64,000 nucleotides of DNA from an uncultured Chloroflexia bacterium (GTDB lineage: Bacteria > Chloroflexota > Limnocylindria > Limnocylindrales > CSP1-4), in the NCBI GenBank assembly GCA_963720755.1, contig CAVRGP010000013.1:64001-128000 (forward strand), in the 5' to 3' direction. Position 1 is the first letter of the stretch. Every line of letters starts with the position of its first letter. Shown one piece after another: positions 29,903 through 39,828 of this stretch. The notes beneath the pieces are model-generated. The model had not been told where the DNA came from. It did no database searches and saw only the letters and a program-made list of their open reading frames with translations. The position numbers were made by a program, and so were the translations under genes.

Positions 29903-31194
29903 CCTGACGTCCCGGTCAAGACCCTGCCGGCCCGCCGCGCCAGGCGCAGACGACCGTCGAGTTCGACGAAGACCTGGGGTGGTCGGGGCCGGCCGTTGTA
30001 GGTCGATGCCAGCGAGACACCGTAGGCTCCGGTGTCGCTGATGGCCACGACATCACCCCGGCGGAGCGGCGGAAGATCGTGCACGCCGAGCGCATCGGTC
30101 GACTCGCAGATCGGGCCCTCGACCCGCGTCGGTTCGAGGGCCACGGCTCCATCCGTCGGATCCACGACGCGCCCGAGAGAAGTGAGGGCGGTGATGGGGT
30201 GGCGAGCCCCGTACAGGGCCGGGCGAAGGAGCTCGGTCATGCCCGCGTCGATGATGACCTGACGGCCGCCGCGCTCGCGAACGTGCAGGACCCGGGCGAC
30301 GAGCCAGCCGGCCCGGGCGACGACCGACCGACCCGGTTCGATGGCCAGACGGGTCGGACGTCTCGGCGCCGGGACAGCTTCGAGCAGACCCGGCATCTCC
30401 CGGGCGAATCGCTCGGGCTCGGGCGCCGGCTCGCCGAGTGGCAGGGACGGGAACCCGCCACCGACATCGAGAGTATCGAAATCGGCCAGGCCACCTCGCA
30501 ACAGTGCGACCAGCGCGAGGCCGTGGCGGACCGCCTCGCGCCAGGCATCGACCGCCTGCAATTGCGATCCGACATGCACCTGCACGCCGCGTGGACGGAT
30601 GGCCCCGGCCGAGTATTCCCGGAGCCATGCCACGACGCCCGTCGCCTCGGTCTCGGTCATGCCGAACTTGGATCGCCCGTCACCGACCGCCAGACCGGCG
30701 ATCGTCTCCGGGGCGACCGCCGGATTGACCCGGACGAGGACATCGAGTGCGGGTCGACCGCGCCGACCCAGGCCCGCCCGGCGGGCCATCCGCGTGAGCG
30801 CCTCCGCCTCATCGGCCGACTCGAGGGCCACCCAGGCCAGTCCGACCCGTCCGACGGCCGTCGCCCTGACGGCGGCACGCAGGTCGTCGTCGGTCTTGCC
30901 CACGCCCTCGAGGGTGATCCGGTCGTTGGAGAGACCGGCCCGGCGAGCGATCGCCCACTCACCGCGCGACACGACGTTGGCGCCGAACCCACGGGCGGCG
31001 ACCTCCGCGACGATCGCCGGGACGTCGTTGGCCTTGACCGAGAACCGTCGCAGCCACGGGTCCGGGAACGCGGCGCGGACGGCGGCAGCCGAGCGATCGA
31101 GCGTCGCCAGGTCCGTGACGTAGGCAGGTGTGCCGAAGGTGGTCGCCGCGGCGAGCAACGGCGAGACGTCGATCGGGTCAGTCCGGGACGACAA
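29899..31194 (-). CDS. lysA: Diaminopimelate decarboxylase
   Basis: FGTPAYV, SVKAN (PLP lysine), SKFG, HVGSQ, EPGR, RPALYG, GPICES, GAYG..YN. Confidence 0.88.
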   Translation of the reverse strand: MSSRTDPIDVSPLLAAATTFGTPAYVTDLATLDRSAAAVRAAFPDPWLRRFSVKANDVPAIVAEVAARGFGANVVSRGEWAIARRAGLSNDRITLEGVGKTDDDLRAAVRATAVGRVGLAWVALESADEAEALTRMARRAGLGRRGRPALDVLVRVNPAVAPETIAGLAVGDGRSKFGMTETEATGVVAWLREYSAGAIRPRGVQVHVGSQLQAVDAWREAVRHGLALVALLRGGLADFDTLDVGGGFPSLPLGEPAPEPERFAREMPGLLEAVPAPRRPTRLAIEPGRSVVARAGWLVARVLHVRERGGRQVIIDAGMTELLRPALYGARHPITALTSLGRVVDPTDGAVALEPTRVEGPICESTDALGVHDLPPLRRGDVVAISDTGAYGVSLASTYNGRPRPPQVFVELDGRLRLARRAGRVLTGTSG

Positions 31195-31567
31195 GCCGAA
31201 CCGCCGCGCTGACGACGCTCAGCACGACGGCGCCCACGACGGCAGCCACGATCGTGGTGACGGTGAGCAGGTCCGGCGGGAAGTCACCGATCGTCAGGTC
31301 GAACCCGGCCGAGTTCGCGATGATCGCGGTCAGGAGCAGCAGCCCGGCATTGATGGCGAACCCGACGAGACCCATCGTCATCAACGTGAGCGGCAAGGCA
31401 AGGGCCCGGACGATCGGCCCGATCAGGCCGTTGACCACACCGAAGATCGCGGCCAGGACGACCAGCCCGATGGTGTCGCCGTCGTAGCTGACGTATTGCG
31501 GCAGGAAGCGGGTCAACACATAGAAGGCGATGGCCGTGACGATGGTGCCGAAGATGAAACCCTTCAA
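31178..31567 (-). CDS. 4-TM holin-like membrane protein (YvlD/DUF360 family)
   Basis: FGVVNGLIGPIV..LALPLTLMTMGL...INA; GGAGG RBS before TTG. Confidence 0.85.
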   Translation of the reverse strand: MKGFIFGTIVTAIAFYVLTRFLPQYVSYDGDTIGLVVLAAIFGVVNGLIGPIVRALALPLTLMTMGLVGFAINAGLLLLTAIIANSAGFDLTIGDFPPDLLTVTTIVAAVVGAVVLSVVSAAVRLVVPD

Positions 31568-31706
31568 GGCGATGCCTCCAAGCGATGGCTGGATGTGCCG
31601 CAGCGGCTGGATGGGACATGGCCGACCCGGATCCTCGGTGAGGGTCCTCCAGCCGGGCCTTCGCGGTCAAGGACGACGATCGGCGCGCGGTCCCCGTGGG
31701 GCAGAC

Positions 31707-32303
31707 TCATCGATCCAGGCGTGCGACGAGGGCGGCCTTCACCGCCGGCCACTCCTGGGCGATGATGCTGAAGTAGGCGGAATCGCGAAGCGATCCGTCG
31801 GCGGTGATCGTGTGGTTCCGGAAGACGCCCTCGAAGGTTGCCCCGATCCCGGCGAGCGCAGTCCGGGAACGCTCGTTGCGAGCATGGGTCTTGAACTCGA
31901 CCCGATTGGCGCCGAGGCGCTCGAAGGCATGGGTCAGCTGGAGCAGCTTCGCCTCGCGGTTCGTGCCGTCCCGCTGATGGGCCGACGCGACCCACGTCCA
32001 TCCGATCTCGAGCCGGCGATGTTCGGGGACGATCGACATGAACCGGGTCGATCCGACCGCGCGTCCGGACGCCAGGTCGACCGTGGCGAACGGCCGCTCC
32101 GTCCCTGCCTCCTGGTTCGCCAGTGCCGCGTCGAGCCAGGTTCGGAGCCCATCGGGATCCTGTGGCCCCATGATCGTCCACTGCCACAAGGGCAGCTCGA
32201 AGGCGACCCGCTCGAGGTCCGCGAGGTGGTCGGAGCGGAGCGGCTCGAGGCGGACTCGCGTCCCGGTGAGGACGACCGGTTCCACCCATGTCTGGCTTGC
32301 CAT
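31707..32303 (-). CDS. GNAT N-acetyltransferase (RimJ/RimL-like)
   Basis: VRLEPL, RLEIGWTW, NREAKLLQLTHAFE, RVEFKTHARNERS. Confidence 0.92.
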   Translation of the reverse strand: MASQTWVEPVVLTGTRVRLEPLRSDHLADLERVAFELPLWQWTIMGPQDPDGLRTWLDAALANQEAGTERPFATVDLASGRAVGSTRFMSIVPEHRRLEIGWTWVASAHQRDGTNREAKLLQLTHAFERLGANRVEFKTHARNERSRTALAGIGATFEGVFRNHTITADGSLRDSAYFSIIAQEWPAVKAALVARLDR

Positions 32304-32382
32304 CGAACGATGGTAGCCGGGTGACGGCGACGGTGAAGACCGTGACCGGCAACCGGCCCCATCCGCACCGTAGACTTCGAGG

Positions 32383-34137
32383 ATGTCCGACTTCAGCGAC
32401 CGCATCGACACATTCCTGGCCGACTTCTTCCAGCTCAATCCGACCTTCGCCACGGGGATCGGGGAGCACGCCCACGACGGCCGCTGGCCCGACCTCGACC
32501 CAGCCGGCCGGGCGGAGCGGGCTGCCTTCACCGACCGCTGGCTCGGTGAGCTGGCCGCGATGCGGGATCTCGAGCCCGACGAGGCGATCGATCGCGACCT
32601 GGTGATCGGTGAACTCGAGGCGGCTCGGTTCGCCGAAACCGTCCTCTGTGAGGACGCCTGGAACCCCCTCGAGTGGGTCTACCTCATCGGCGATGGCCTG
32701 TTCAACCTCCAGGCCCGCGAGTTCGCCCCGCTGGCCGAACGCCTGACGTCGACCGCGAGTCGGCTCGAGCGACTGCCCGCTCTCCTGGATTCGGCCAGGG
32801 ACCGGCTGGTCGGGGTCGAGGGACGGCCGGTCGGTCGGTTCCAGACCGAGACCGCGTTGCGCCATCTGGCCGGCATCGAGGCGTTGATCGCCGATGCTTT
32901 GGCGGCGGCTGCATCCACAGCGTCCGACGACCGCGAGGTCGAGGCCCTGACCGGTCGGCTGGAACGGGCTGCCGAAACGGCCCGCGTCGCCTTGACCGGG
33001 TTCGAGGCGCATCTGCGCGATGTCGTCCTGCCCGTCAGCGAGGGTGAGGGCCGGCTCGGTCGTGACCTGTTCGCCGAGAAGATGCGCCACACGATGCGGT
33101 CGGAGACGCTGACACCGGACCGGATCCTGGCCGGCGCCGAACGGGAATTCGGGGCGGTGCGCGCGGAGATGGTCCGGCTGGCGAAGGAACTGTGGCCGGT
33201 CTGGCTCGCCGGTGTCGCGACCCCCGACGCCGACGGTCCCCTCGTTCGAGGCGTCCTCGACGCCATCGCGGCCGAGCATCCGGAGGCCGACGATCTTCTC
33301 GACTACTGCCGCGCCGAGAACGCCCGGATCGAGGCGTTCTGCGTCGAGCAGGACCTGATCGGGGTGACCGACGAGCCACTCGAGATCCAATGGACCCCGG
33401 TCTTCCTTCGGGCCTTCGCGGGAGCGATGCTGTCGTCGCCTGGCCCACTCGACCGGGGCCAGAAGGCGTTCTTCGCGATCACCCCGATGCCGGCTGACTG
33501 GTCAGACGAGCGGCGTGAATCGAACCTCCGCGAGGACAACGACCGGATGTTGCGCCTGCTCACGATCCACGAGGCCGTACCCGGTCACTACCTGCAGGGC
33601 GTCTATGCCAATCGCTGTCCGTCGATCGTGCGCTCGATCTTTGCGAGCGGACTGTTCGCGGAGGGCTGGGCCGTGTACGTGACCCAGGTGATGATGGACG
33701 TCGGCTACGGATCCGAGGATCCCGCGCTGCTGCTCGTCCACTGGAAGTTCTACCTGCGGGCGGTCATCAACGCGATCATCGACGCCAGGATCCATTGCGA
33801 CGGGATGACCGAGGATGAGGCCGTGTCGCTCATGGTCGATGAAGGGTTCCAGGAGGAAGCGGAGGCCCGTGCCAAGTTCGACCGGGCTCGCCTGTCATCC
33901 ACCCAGCTGTCGACCTATTTCGCCGGTTCACTGGAGATGTGGGAGATCGAGATCGAGGCGCGGCGGCGTGCCGCCGTACGATCAGGCGATCCGCGCGGCG
34001 CGGCTGCCGTCCCGGTGGCTCGCGTCGTCGGCGATCTCGGAGAGACCCCGGGGTTCCGATACCGCCCGCATCTCGAGTCGGTCCTCGCGCACGGATCGCC
34101 ACCCACGGCGCTGTTGCGGCGGATCCTGTTCGGCTAG
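32383..34137 (+). CDS. DUF885 family protein
   Basis: IHEAVPGHYLQ and FAEGWAVY motifs. Confidence 0.9.
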   Translation: MSDFSDRIDTFLADFFQLNPTFATGIGEHAHDGRWPDLDPAGRAERAAFTDRWLGELAAMRDLEPDEAIDRDLVIGELEAARFAETVLCEDAWNPLEWVYLIGDGLFNLQAREFAPLAERLTSTASRLERLPALLDSARDRLVGVEGRPVGRFQTETALRHLAGIEALIADALAAAASTASDDREVEALTGRLERAAETARVALTGFEAHLRDVVLPVSEGEGRLGRDLFAEKMRHTMRSETLTPDRILAGAEREFGAVRAEMVRLAKELWPVWLAGVATPDADGPLVRGVLDAIAAEHPEADDLLDYCRAENARIEAFCVEQDLIGVTDEPLEIQWTPVFLRAFAGAMLSSPGPLDRGQKAFFAITPMPADWSDERRESNLREDNDRMLRLLTIHEAVPGHYLQGVYANRCPSIVRSIFASGLFAEGWAVYVTQVMMDVGYGSEDPALLLVHWKFYLRAVINAIIDARIHCDGMTEDEAVSLMVDEGFQEEAEARAKFDRARLSSTQLSTYFAGSLEMWEIEIEARRRAAVRSGDPRGAAAVPVARVVGDLGETPGFRYRPHLESVLAHGSPPTALLRRILFG

Positions 34138-35168
34138 TTCGAGGTCGATCCGACCACCGGTTCGGGCGGTCGCGCCAGGGCGGCGTGCTCGATCGCCCGA
34201 CGCAGGAGCTCCAGGCCGGACGGATCGAAGTCGTAGGTCCATGAGCGGATCCGGTCCGGTCGCGAGAGCGTCCGATCGACGCCGGTGGCGAGCGCTTCCC
34301 GGGAGACGAGGATGAGGTCGGCGTCGCGCTCGATCGGCTCCAGGCCGGCCGGATCCCCGATCAGGGCAGCCACGATCTCGACGCCATCGGTCCCCGAGAT
34401 GGCGAGCGTCTCACGGATGTTGGCGAGGCCGCGACCGGACGCGCAGATGAGCCCGACGCGTGAGCCTTCCGGGAGGTCGGCGATCTCGTGCACGAGCTCG
34501 ATGTATCCGGGTCCCACGAGCATCGCGACGACCGGCACTCGACCCGCCACCAGTGCCTGGGCCTCATCGGCATGGAACGTCGTCGTGGCGACCAGGTCGT
34601 AGTGGAAGCGATCGAGGCGGTCGGGCAGGTCGTCGAGCAGCGCCCCTTCGGCTTCGATCATCCCGGGGAACTCGTCTCCCAGACGTTCGGCATCGAAGCC
34701 GGCGTCGGCACTGGTGCACTCGGCGTAGAGGACCCGAACGAGCGGGCCCGGTCGCTTGCGTTCGGTCGCGGCGGCGAACGTCGCGGCCGCGACCTCGTCG
34801 GCCGTGAACCCGGCGTGGGCAGCTCGGCGAAGGGTCTCGGAGATGATCCCGGCCAGAGCCTCCGTCCCGCGTCGCTGTGGCGGCCGATCCGCGACGTGCG
34901 TCCCGGCGCCGTGCCGGCTGGTCACGTAACCGGCGTCGGACAGCCGCCGGTAGACCGCCCGGATGGTGTTCGGGTTCACCCGCAGTGCGGCCCCGAGATC
35001 CCTGACCGGGAGCAGACGCGATCCGGGCAGGAGCCGTCCGGAATCGATCTGGTAGGCCAGCTGCCAGTAGATCTGGGTGGAGATCGGGACGTCCGAGTCA
35101 CGCTCGACATCGAGGGCGCCACCGGATGCGACGGTCAGCGGCGTCGAACCCAGGTCGTCGATTGACAT
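34134..35168 (-). CDS. GntR family regulator with long C-terminal effector domain
   Basis: VPISTQI..GSRLLPVRDLGAALRVNPNTIRAVYRRL..GAGTHV. Confidence 0.9.
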   Translation of the reverse strand: MSIDDLGSTPLTVASGGALDVERDSDVPISTQIYWQLAYQIDSGRLLPGSRLLPVRDLGAALRVNPNTIRAVYRRLSDAGYVTSRHGAGTHVADRPPQRRGTEALAGIISETLRRAAHAGFTADEVAAATFAAATERKRPGPLVRVLYAECTSADAGFDAERLGDEFPGMIEAEGALLDDLPDRLDRFHYDLVATTTFHADEAQALVAGRVPVVAMLVGPGYIELVHEIADLPEGSRVGLICASGRGLANIRETLAISGTDGVEIVAALIGDPAGLEPIERDADLILVSREALATGVDRTLSRPDRIRSWTYDFDPSGLELLRRAIEHAALARPPEPVVGSTSN

Positions 35169-35179
35169 AGTAGGATAGT

Positions 35180-35200
35180 CCAAGTGACGGGCCGACTTGG
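35180..35200. promoter_or_regulatory. Putative operator CCAAGT-N9-ACTTGG between gntR and a divergent small ORF
   Basis: Inverted repeat in a 68-bp divergent intergenic region; extra CCAAG at 35216. Confidence 0.4.
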
Positions 35201-35236
35201 CCTGGTCAAACGATACCAAGCAAAGGCAGGTCAAAG

Positions 35237-35374
35237 ATGTCCGGGTTGCTCGTCGTCGCGATCATCCTCGTGGGGCTCGCGGTGTTCGGAGCCCTCGCCG
35301 TTCATTTCGGTGTCGACAGCCGAAGTGACTCGGGCGATCCACGCCGCTCCGGCTATCCCGTCGGGATCGAATGA
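35237..35374 (+). CDS. 45-aa single-TM small protein (not in the ORF track)
   Basis: MSGLLVVAIILVGLAVFGALAVHFGVDSRSDSGDPRRSGYPVGIE*; purine-rich AAGGCAGG upstream; divergent from gntR. Confidence 0.7.
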   Translation: MSGLLVVAIILVGLAVFGALAVHFGVDSRSDSGDPRRSGYPVGIE

Positions 35375-37548
35375 CCTGTCGCTCGCTGCGCGAGCTCGTC
35401 GAGAACCCGGTCGGTCGCGGTCGCGATCTCGTGCCCGATCGTCACCGTCCACGACGCCCCGGCCGCCAGGTCGAGTGGCCACCAGAAGAGCAGGCCACCC
35501 CCCTGGTAGGAACGTTCGAAGCCGCGTTCTGAATTCGAGATCGTCTCGACCGGTGCCCACCACAGGCCGCCGGCCCGACTGACCCTCGTGTCGACCTGGA
35601 TGCCGACCTCATCGTTGCCCTGGCGGATGCCGCTCAAAGCCGTCGAGGACCCGTCGTCATCGTGGGCCTGGCGGACGCCGTCGACCTCGATCCAGCCGGC
35701 CGGGTCGGCCTCGCCACCGAGGAGCATCAGCGTCCATTCGAGCCCGAGAAGGGTCGTGAGCCGGCGTTCCGATCGGTTCTCCAGGGTCAGCGTCAACGCC
35801 AGCGTCGGGCTGCGCCGATCACCTCCGAGGGCGATCTCCTTGGTCACCTGGACACCGGCCGGTCCGCCGCCGTCGTCCACGGTCGCGCTGCGGGACGCGA
35901 CCATCCGATCGAGATCCAGCACGTCCAGCTCATATCGGTCGTCGACGGCGTCGCCGAGGTCGACCGCCTCCCCGGTTGCCCAGGTCTCCCGGGCCGTGTC
36001 CGGCGCCAGGAAGCGAACGAGACCGGATCGACGCTCGTACCGATCGTAGTGGAGACGGTCCGCGAGGCCGACCTCCTGGGCGACGACGATGTCGTGGATG
36101 GACGTCGCCGACTCGTGGGAGGTCCCGCCACCGCGTTCCCCTTCGGTCCGTGCGTCGTAGTCGCGAAGGGTCTCGTGGTACGCCTCCGGACGACGGCGCA
36201 GCACTGAGCAGAGTGCATGACGGACCGGACGGATGTCCCAGCTGCCGATCCCTGCTCCTTCGTCGAGGTCGATCGACAGCGTCTGGCCCGGATCAGCCAG
36301 GCGAACGTCATCGAGCCCGTCGAGATCGAGGTCGAGGCGTTCGGCCCGATGCGACCGCCCCGCTGCAGCTTCGGCCAGATCCTCGGCCGCGATCAGGTGT
36401 CCACTCGTCGCAAGGCGCATGTGCGAGATGTAGATGCCACCAAACAGGCCGTGCCAGTAACAATCGTTCGACTGGCCCTGGTACAGGTGGTCGAGGGCGA
36501 GCGTCCGATCCGGTCCATCGGCCATCCCGTGGACCGCGTCCGAGGTCCGGAGCATCTGCTTGTGCAGGTCATTGATCTCGCGGTACTTGACCTGGAAATT
36601 GCGCCAGGATGCCCCGCGCAACCAGCGCGCTTCGGGGCGGCCCTCCGCCCGATCGGCCGCGAGCACCGTGGTGTACGCCCGTCCTTCGTGGGCCGGAAGC
36701 GCCCAGGCGCCCATCTCCTCGTACGACCCGGTCGGGAAGTAGGCCCGACCGATGGGCGCGTGGTCCGCCAGCCAGGCCGACGGCGTCGTCGTCGCCAGCC
36801 AATCCGCGTTCGCCTCGAGGGCGTCGAAGAAGCCGTCCACCCATCGGCGCTCGCCCCAGCAGTGGCCCCAGGTCGTGGGCCAGGCTCCGAACTTCTCGCC
36901 GTCGTCGCCCATCATCCCGACCCGGTCCCCGGTGTCGGTCGCGTGCTCGCGCAGGTGGGCGATGACGTCCTCGATCTTGCCGAACGGGATCCCGTACCGG
37001 AGTCCCTGCTCCGTCCCGAACACGCGCAGGAGACTGCCCTGATCCTCCGTCGTGAACGGCCCCCACAGGTCGGAATTCGGGATCGCGGCCGCCCGGAAAT
37101 GGGCATCGTCGACGATCGTCCAGCCATAGCCGGCTGCGGTCAGCGATGTCGGGAGGTCGGGCTCCCAGACGCGTTCGGCCAGCCACGCGCCGCTTGGGCG
37201 CCGTCCGAACACGCGCTCGAGTTCGTCTGACATCCGGAGCAGCTGACCGAGCCGGTCGCGTTCCGGGATCGAGGCCAGGACGGGTTCGTAGTACCCGCCG
37301 CCGAGGATCTCGACCTGGTCCCGCCGGGCGAGGACCGCGACCCGCTCGACGAAGGCGGGCCGCTCCGCCCGCAGCCAATCGAGCAACGGCCCCGAATAGT
37401 GCAGCGCGAGACGGATGCCCGGATGCCGCTCGAGGGCGTCGATCATCGGCTCGTACGCGTGTTCGAAGACGTCCGCGATGACCCGATCGAGATTGCCGAC
37501 GGGCTGGTGGTTGTGGATGGCCAGGGCCAACGAGATGCGGGGAGGCAT
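35353..37548 (-). CDS. GH57 alpha-amylase/4-alpha-glucanotransferase
   Basis: HNHQPVGN, WLAERVWEP, GDDGEKFG, QSNDCYWHGLFGG, SERGFERSYQG. Confidence 0.92.
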   Translation of the reverse strand: MPPRISLALAIHNHQPVGNLDRVIADVFEHAYEPMIDALERHPGIRLALHYSGPLLDWLRAERPAFVERVAVLARRDQVEILGGGYYEPVLASIPERDRLGQLLRMSDELERVFGRRPSGAWLAERVWEPDLPTSLTAAGYGWTIVDDAHFRAAAIPNSDLWGPFTTEDQGSLLRVFGTEQGLRYGIPFGKIEDVIAHLREHATDTGDRVGMMGDDGEKFGAWPTTWGHCWGERRWVDGFFDALEANADWLATTTPSAWLADHAPIGRAYFPTGSYEEMGAWALPAHEGRAYTTVLAADRAEGRPEARWLRGASWRNFQVKYREINDLHKQMLRTSDAVHGMADGPDRTLALDHLYQGQSNDCYWHGLFGGIYISHMRLATSGHLIAAEDLAEAAAGRSHRAERLDLDLDGLDDVRLADPGQTLSIDLDEGAGIGSWDIRPVRHALCSVLRRRPEAYHETLRDYDARTEGERGGGTSHESATSIHDIVVAQEVGLADRLHYDRYERRSGLVRFLAPDTARETWATGEAVDLGDAVDDRYELDVLDLDRMVASRSATVDDGGGPAGVQVTKEIALGGDRRSPTLALTLTLENRSERRLTTLLGLEWTLMLLGGEADPAGWIEVDGVRQAHDDDGSSTALSGIRQGNDEVGIQVDTRVSRAGGLWWAPVETISNSERGFERSYQGGGLLFWWPLDLAAGASWTVTIGHEIATATDRVLDELAQRATGHSIPTG

Positions 37549-37560
37549 CGGGTCCAGCGG

Positions 37561-39738
37561 TCAGCCCGCCTCGGTCACGTGCGGCCCCGACGATGTGTCG
37601 GCGACCGCGATCCCGGCCGCCGGCAGGTACAGCAGCTCCGTGTACTCGTGGAGCATCCGGGTGGTCGAGAACTGCCACAGCCCGGTCGCCATCGCCCGGC
37701 GCATCACCGTCAGCCACCGGCTCGGGATTCCCTGGGGATCCCGGTCGTAGTATCGCGGCACGATCTCATCCTCGAGGATCCGATACAGATCCTGGGCGTC
37801 GTGCCAATCCTGGGCGGCTTCATCCGGGTTGGTCTCGCGACCCCCGATCGCCCAACCGTTGTCCTCGTCGAAACCCTCGTCCCACCAGCCATCCAGGACG
37901 CTCACGTTCGGGACGCCGTTCTGGGCGGCTTTCATCCCCGACGTCCCGGACGCCTCGAGTGGCCGCCGTGGGTTGTTCAGCCAGACGTCGACGCCCTGGA
38001 CCAGGAAGCGCGCGACACGCATGTTGTAGTCCTCGACGATGAAGATCCGGCCGCGCAGCTCGCGTGACCGCGAACGCTGGAAGATCTCCTGGATGACCCG
38101 CTGGCCGGGTCGATCCGCCGGATGGGCCTTGCCCGCGAAGACGACCTGGACCGGACGATCCGTATCCCACAGCAGACGGGCCAGCCGGTCGAGATCGCTG
38201 AACAGCAGGCCGGCCCGCTTGTACGTGGCGAAACGGCGGGCGAAGCCGATCGTGAGGACGGCCGGATCGAGGGCCTTCTCGACCTCGGCCAGCACGGACG
38301 GGGCCTCGCCGTGGCGGGCGAACTGGCTGCGCAGCCGGCCGCGCGCAAAATGGGCGAGTTCGCGCTTCTGGCGGATGTGGGCATCCCACAGGTCCCGGTC
38401 GCTGATCCGATCGAGCCGCTCCCAGAACCGACCGCGTTCCGTGCCGGCATCGAGGTCGTCCAGGTCGGCGCCGAGCCGTTCGAGCGGGCCGGCGATCGGC
38501 TGTCCGATCCAGGTCGGGGCGTGGATGCCATTGGTGATACCCAGGATCTCGTGACCGACGATGTCCTGCCAGGTCGTGTTCGCGGTGACCGCGTGCAGTC
38601 GGCTCACGGCGTTCGCGCGGTGGGTCAATCGGAGCGAGAACGCGGTCATGTCGAACTGTCCGGCATCCGCGTCGACGCCAAGCCCGAGCTTCAGGACGGA
38701 TTCGACCGGGACGCGATCCTCGCTGAGCTCCTGGCCGGCGACCCGGCGGACGAGGTCGGCATCGAACCGTTCGTTACCTGCCGATACCGGCGTATGGATC
38801 GTGAAGACGCTGTCGCGACGGATGGCCTGCCAGGCGTCCTCGAGCTTCGAACCGGCGGCGACCTGCTCACGGGCTCGTTCCGCCAGCAGGAAGGCCGAGT
38901 GTCCCTCGTTCAGGTGCCAGACCGATGGTTCGAGGCCGAGGGCGCGGATGGCCCGGACGCCGCCGATCCCGAGGACCAGCTCCTGGTGCAGGCGCATCTC
39001 CCGGCCGCGCACGTACAGGATGTTGGTGATCGGTCGATCCGACGCCACGTTCTCCGGGATGTCCGTGTCGAGGAGCAGGACCGGGACCCGACCGACCTGG
39101 GCGACCCACACCGCGATCGACAGGTCGCGGCCCGGGAGCTCCACGGTGACGGTCAGCGGGAGACCGGCAGCGTCCTGGACGCGGCCGATGGGCAGACGGC
39201 TCAGGTCATAGTCCGTGTAATCGTGTTCCTGATGGCCATCGGCGTCGATCGACTGCCGGAAGTAGCCCTTGCGGTAGAGCAGCCCGACCCCGATGGCCGG
39301 CAGGGCCATGTCGCTGGCGGCCTTCATGTGGTCGCCGGCCAGCACCCCGAGTCCGCCGGAGTAGATCCCGAGCGACTCGTGGAATCCGTACTCGGCACAA
39401 AAGTAGGCGATCGGACCGACGAGCCGGTCGGCATAGCGGCGCTGGAACCAGTGACCGGAGCCGTTGGCCATGTATGCGTCGAACGCATCGAGGACGTCGT
39501 GGTACTCGGCGAGGAAGCCGGCATCGTCGACCAGGCGCGGCCAGCCGGTCGCTCCGGCGAGGACGGGGACAGGGGTCCGGTAGCGTGCCCACGCCGTGCT
39601 GTCGATCCTGGCGAACAGACTGCGCGTCTGCGGGTGCCACGCCCAGTGGAGGTTGTACGCGAGGCGCCGCAGACCCTCGAGCTGAGGGGGTAACAGGAAG
39701 CTGGCCGCGGGGATGGATGGGACGCGGACGGGTTCCAT
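37561..39738 (-). CDS. glgP: Alpha-glucan phosphorylase
   Basis: YSGGLGVLAGD, HLNEGH, ARRFATYKR, EASGTSGMK; start set at ATG 39738. Confidence 0.96.
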   Translation of the reverse strand: MEPVRVPSIPAASFLLPPQLEGLRRLAYNLHWAWHPQTRSLFARIDSTAWARYRTPVPVLAGATGWPRLVDDAGFLAEYHDVLDAFDAYMANGSGHWFQRRYADRLVGPIAYFCAEYGFHESLGIYSGGLGVLAGDHMKAASDMALPAIGVGLLYRKGYFRQSIDADGHQEHDYTDYDLSRLPIGRVQDAAGLPLTVTVELPGRDLSIAVWVAQVGRVPVLLLDTDIPENVASDRPITNILYVRGREMRLHQELVLGIGGVRAIRALGLEPSVWHLNEGHSAFLLAERAREQVAAGSKLEDAWQAIRRDSVFTIHTPVSAGNERFDADLVRRVAGQELSEDRVPVESVLKLGLGVDADAGQFDMTAFSLRLTHRANAVSRLHAVTANTTWQDIVGHEILGITNGIHAPTWIGQPIAGPLERLGADLDDLDAGTERGRFWERLDRISDRDLWDAHIRQKRELAHFARGRLRSQFARHGEAPSVLAEVEKALDPAVLTIGFARRFATYKRAGLLFSDLDRLARLLWDTDRPVQVVFAGKAHPADRPGQRVIQEIFQRSRSRELRGRIFIVEDYNMRVARFLVQGVDVWLNNPRRPLEASGTSGMKAAQNGVPNVSVLDGWWDEGFDEDNGWAIGGRETNPDEAAQDWHDAQDLYRILEDEIVPRYYDRDPQGIPSRWLTVMRRAMATGLWQFSTTRMLHEYTELLYLPAAGIAVADTSSGPHVTEAG

Positions 39739-39828
39739 GAGCGGGCATGATACTCGGTCGCGGGTCGGAGACGAGGGGGTCGGTCCGTCCGGCCGAACGA
39801 AGAGCGGGCCGACGCGTAGCATTCCCGG

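Noticed and set aside
31178-31567. Holin-family gene as evidence of a prophage
   Set aside because: YvlD-type 4-TM proteins are common chromosomal genes; no phage genes nearby
31564-31710. 48-codon minus-strand ORF overlapping both the GNAT stop and the holin-like start, with a CATCCAGCC direct repeat
   Set aside because: No recognisable motif and composition typical of non-coding GC-rich DNA; the coupling may be chance
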